DNA of 64,000 nucleotides from NCBI RefSeq assembly GCF_056712565.1, contig NZ_CM160072.1; one strand, 5' to 3'. Shown piece by piece: positions 62,829 to 64,000 of this stretch (position 1 is its first letter; each line of letters starts with the position of its first letter). The notes under the pieces were generated by a model. It saw only the letters and a program-made list of their open reading frames with translations, ran no database searches and was not told where the DNA came from. The position numbers and the translations under genes were made by a program.

Positions 62829-64000
62829 ATGACCCATCAATTAAGATCGCGCGATATCATCGCTCTGGGCTTTATGACATTTGCGTTGTTCGTCGGCGCA
62901 GGTAACATTATTTTCCCTCCAATGGTCGGCTTGCAGGCAGGCGAACACGTCTGGACTGCGGCATTCGGCTTCCTCATTACTGCCGTTGGCCTACCGGTAT
63001 TAACGGTAGTGGCGCTGGCAAAAGTTGGCGGCGGTGTTGACAGTCTCAGCACGCCAATTGGTAAAGTCGCTGGCGTACTGCTGGCAACAGTTTGTTACCT
63101 GGCGGTGGGGCCGCTTTTCGCTACGCCGCGTACAGCTACCGTTTCTTTTGAAGTGGGGATTGCGCCGCTGACGGGTGATTCCGCGCTGCCGCTGTTTATT
63201 TACAGCCTGGTCTATTTCGCTATCGTTATTCTGGTTTCGCTCTATCCGGGCAAGCTGCTGGATACCGTGGGCAACTTCCTTGCGCCGCTGAAAATTATCG
63301 CGCTGGTCATCCTGTCTGTTGCCGCAATTATCTGGCCGGCGGGTTCTATCAGCACGGCGACTGAGGCTTATCAAAACGCTGCGTTTTCTAACGGCTTCGT
63401 CAACGGCTATCTGACCATGGATACGCTGGGCGCAATGGTGTTTGGTATCGTTATTGTTAACGCGGCGCGTTCTCGTGGCGTTACCGAAGCGCGTCTGCTG
63501 ACCCGTTATACCGTCTGGGCTGGCCTGATGGCGGGTGTTGGTCTGACTCTGCTGTACCTGGCGCTGTTCCGTCTGGGTTCAGACAGCGCGTCGCTGGTCG
63601 ATCAGTCTGCAAACGGTGCGGCGATCCTGCATGCTTACGTTCAGCATACCTTTGGCGGCGGCGGTAGCTTCCTGCTGGCGGCGTTAATCTTCATCGCCTG
63701 CCTGGTCACGGCGGTTGGCCTGACCTGTGCTTGTGCAGAATTCTTCGCCCAGTACGTACCGCTCTCTTATCGTACGCTGGTGTTTATCCTCGGCGGCTTC
63801 TCGATGGTGGTGTCTAACCTCGGCTTGAGCCAGCTGATTCAGATCTCTGTACCGGTGCTGACCGCCATTTATCCGCCGTGTATCGCACTGGTTGTATTAA
63901 GTTTTACACGCTCATGGTGGCATAATTCGTCCCGCGTGATTGCTCCGCCGATGTTTATCAGCCTGCTTTTTGGTATTCTCGACGGGATCAAGGCATCTGC
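62829..64000 (+). CDS. brnQ: Branched-chain amino acid transporter (LIVCS family), 5' partial; continues beyond window
   Basis: ATG at 62829 gives [34 protein letters not shown]; frame open to end of window. Confidence 0.85.
   Translation, partial: MTHQLRSRDIIALGFMTFALFVGAGNIIFPPMVGLQAGEHVWTAAFGFLITAVGLPVLTVVALAKVGGGVDSLSTPIGKVAGVLLATVCYLAVGPLFATPRTATVSFEVGIAPLTGDSALPLFIYSLVYFAIVILVSLYPGKLLDTVGNFLAPLKIIALVILSVAAIIWPAGSISTATEAYQNAAFSNGFVNGYLTMDTLGAMVFGIVIVNAARSRGVTEARLLTRYTVWAGLMAGVGLTLLYLALFRLGSDSASLVDQSANGAAILHAYVQHTFGGGGSFLLAALIFIACLVTAVGLTCACAEFFAQYVPLSYRTLVFILGGFSMVVSNLGLSQLIQISVPVLTAIYPPCIALVVLSFTRSWWHNSSRVIAPPMFISLLFGILDGIKAS

Overview
This window reads as a contiguous stretch of an Escherichia coli chromosome, colinear with the K-12 yahK to brnQ region but not K-12 itself (K-12 comparisons here are from memory, not a search). 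Gene order: a CUT2-type ABC permease pair, yahK, yahM, yahN, yahO, prpR and prpBCDE, codBA, lacAYZ and lacI, yaiL, frmRAB, yaiO, yaiX, yaiP, yaiS, tauABCD, hemB, yaiT (split by an IS2), yaiV, ampH, sbmA, yaiW, yaiY, yaiZ, ddlA, iraP, phoA, psiF, dgcC, proC, yaiI, aroL, yaiA, aroM, ppnP, rdgC, mak, araJ, sbcCD, phoBR and the start of brnQ. Most of it is ordinary, well-characterised metabolism and repair, and I found no CRISPR array, tRNA/rRNA gene or recognisable defence island. Differences from K-12: lac sits directly between codA and yaiL (no cynRTSX or mhp cluster), yahL is absent, yaiX appears intact, and yaiT carries an IS2 with a 5-bp target duplication. The best candidate for an undescribed system is the tightly packed yaiS-yaiP-yaiX-yaiO operon (deacetylase, membrane GT2 glycosyltransferase, hexapeptide acyltransferase, outer-membrane barrel); its glycosyltransferase carries a perfect 60-bp in-frame tandem duplication. 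Coordinates of small sites were counted by hand and may be off by 1-2 bp.
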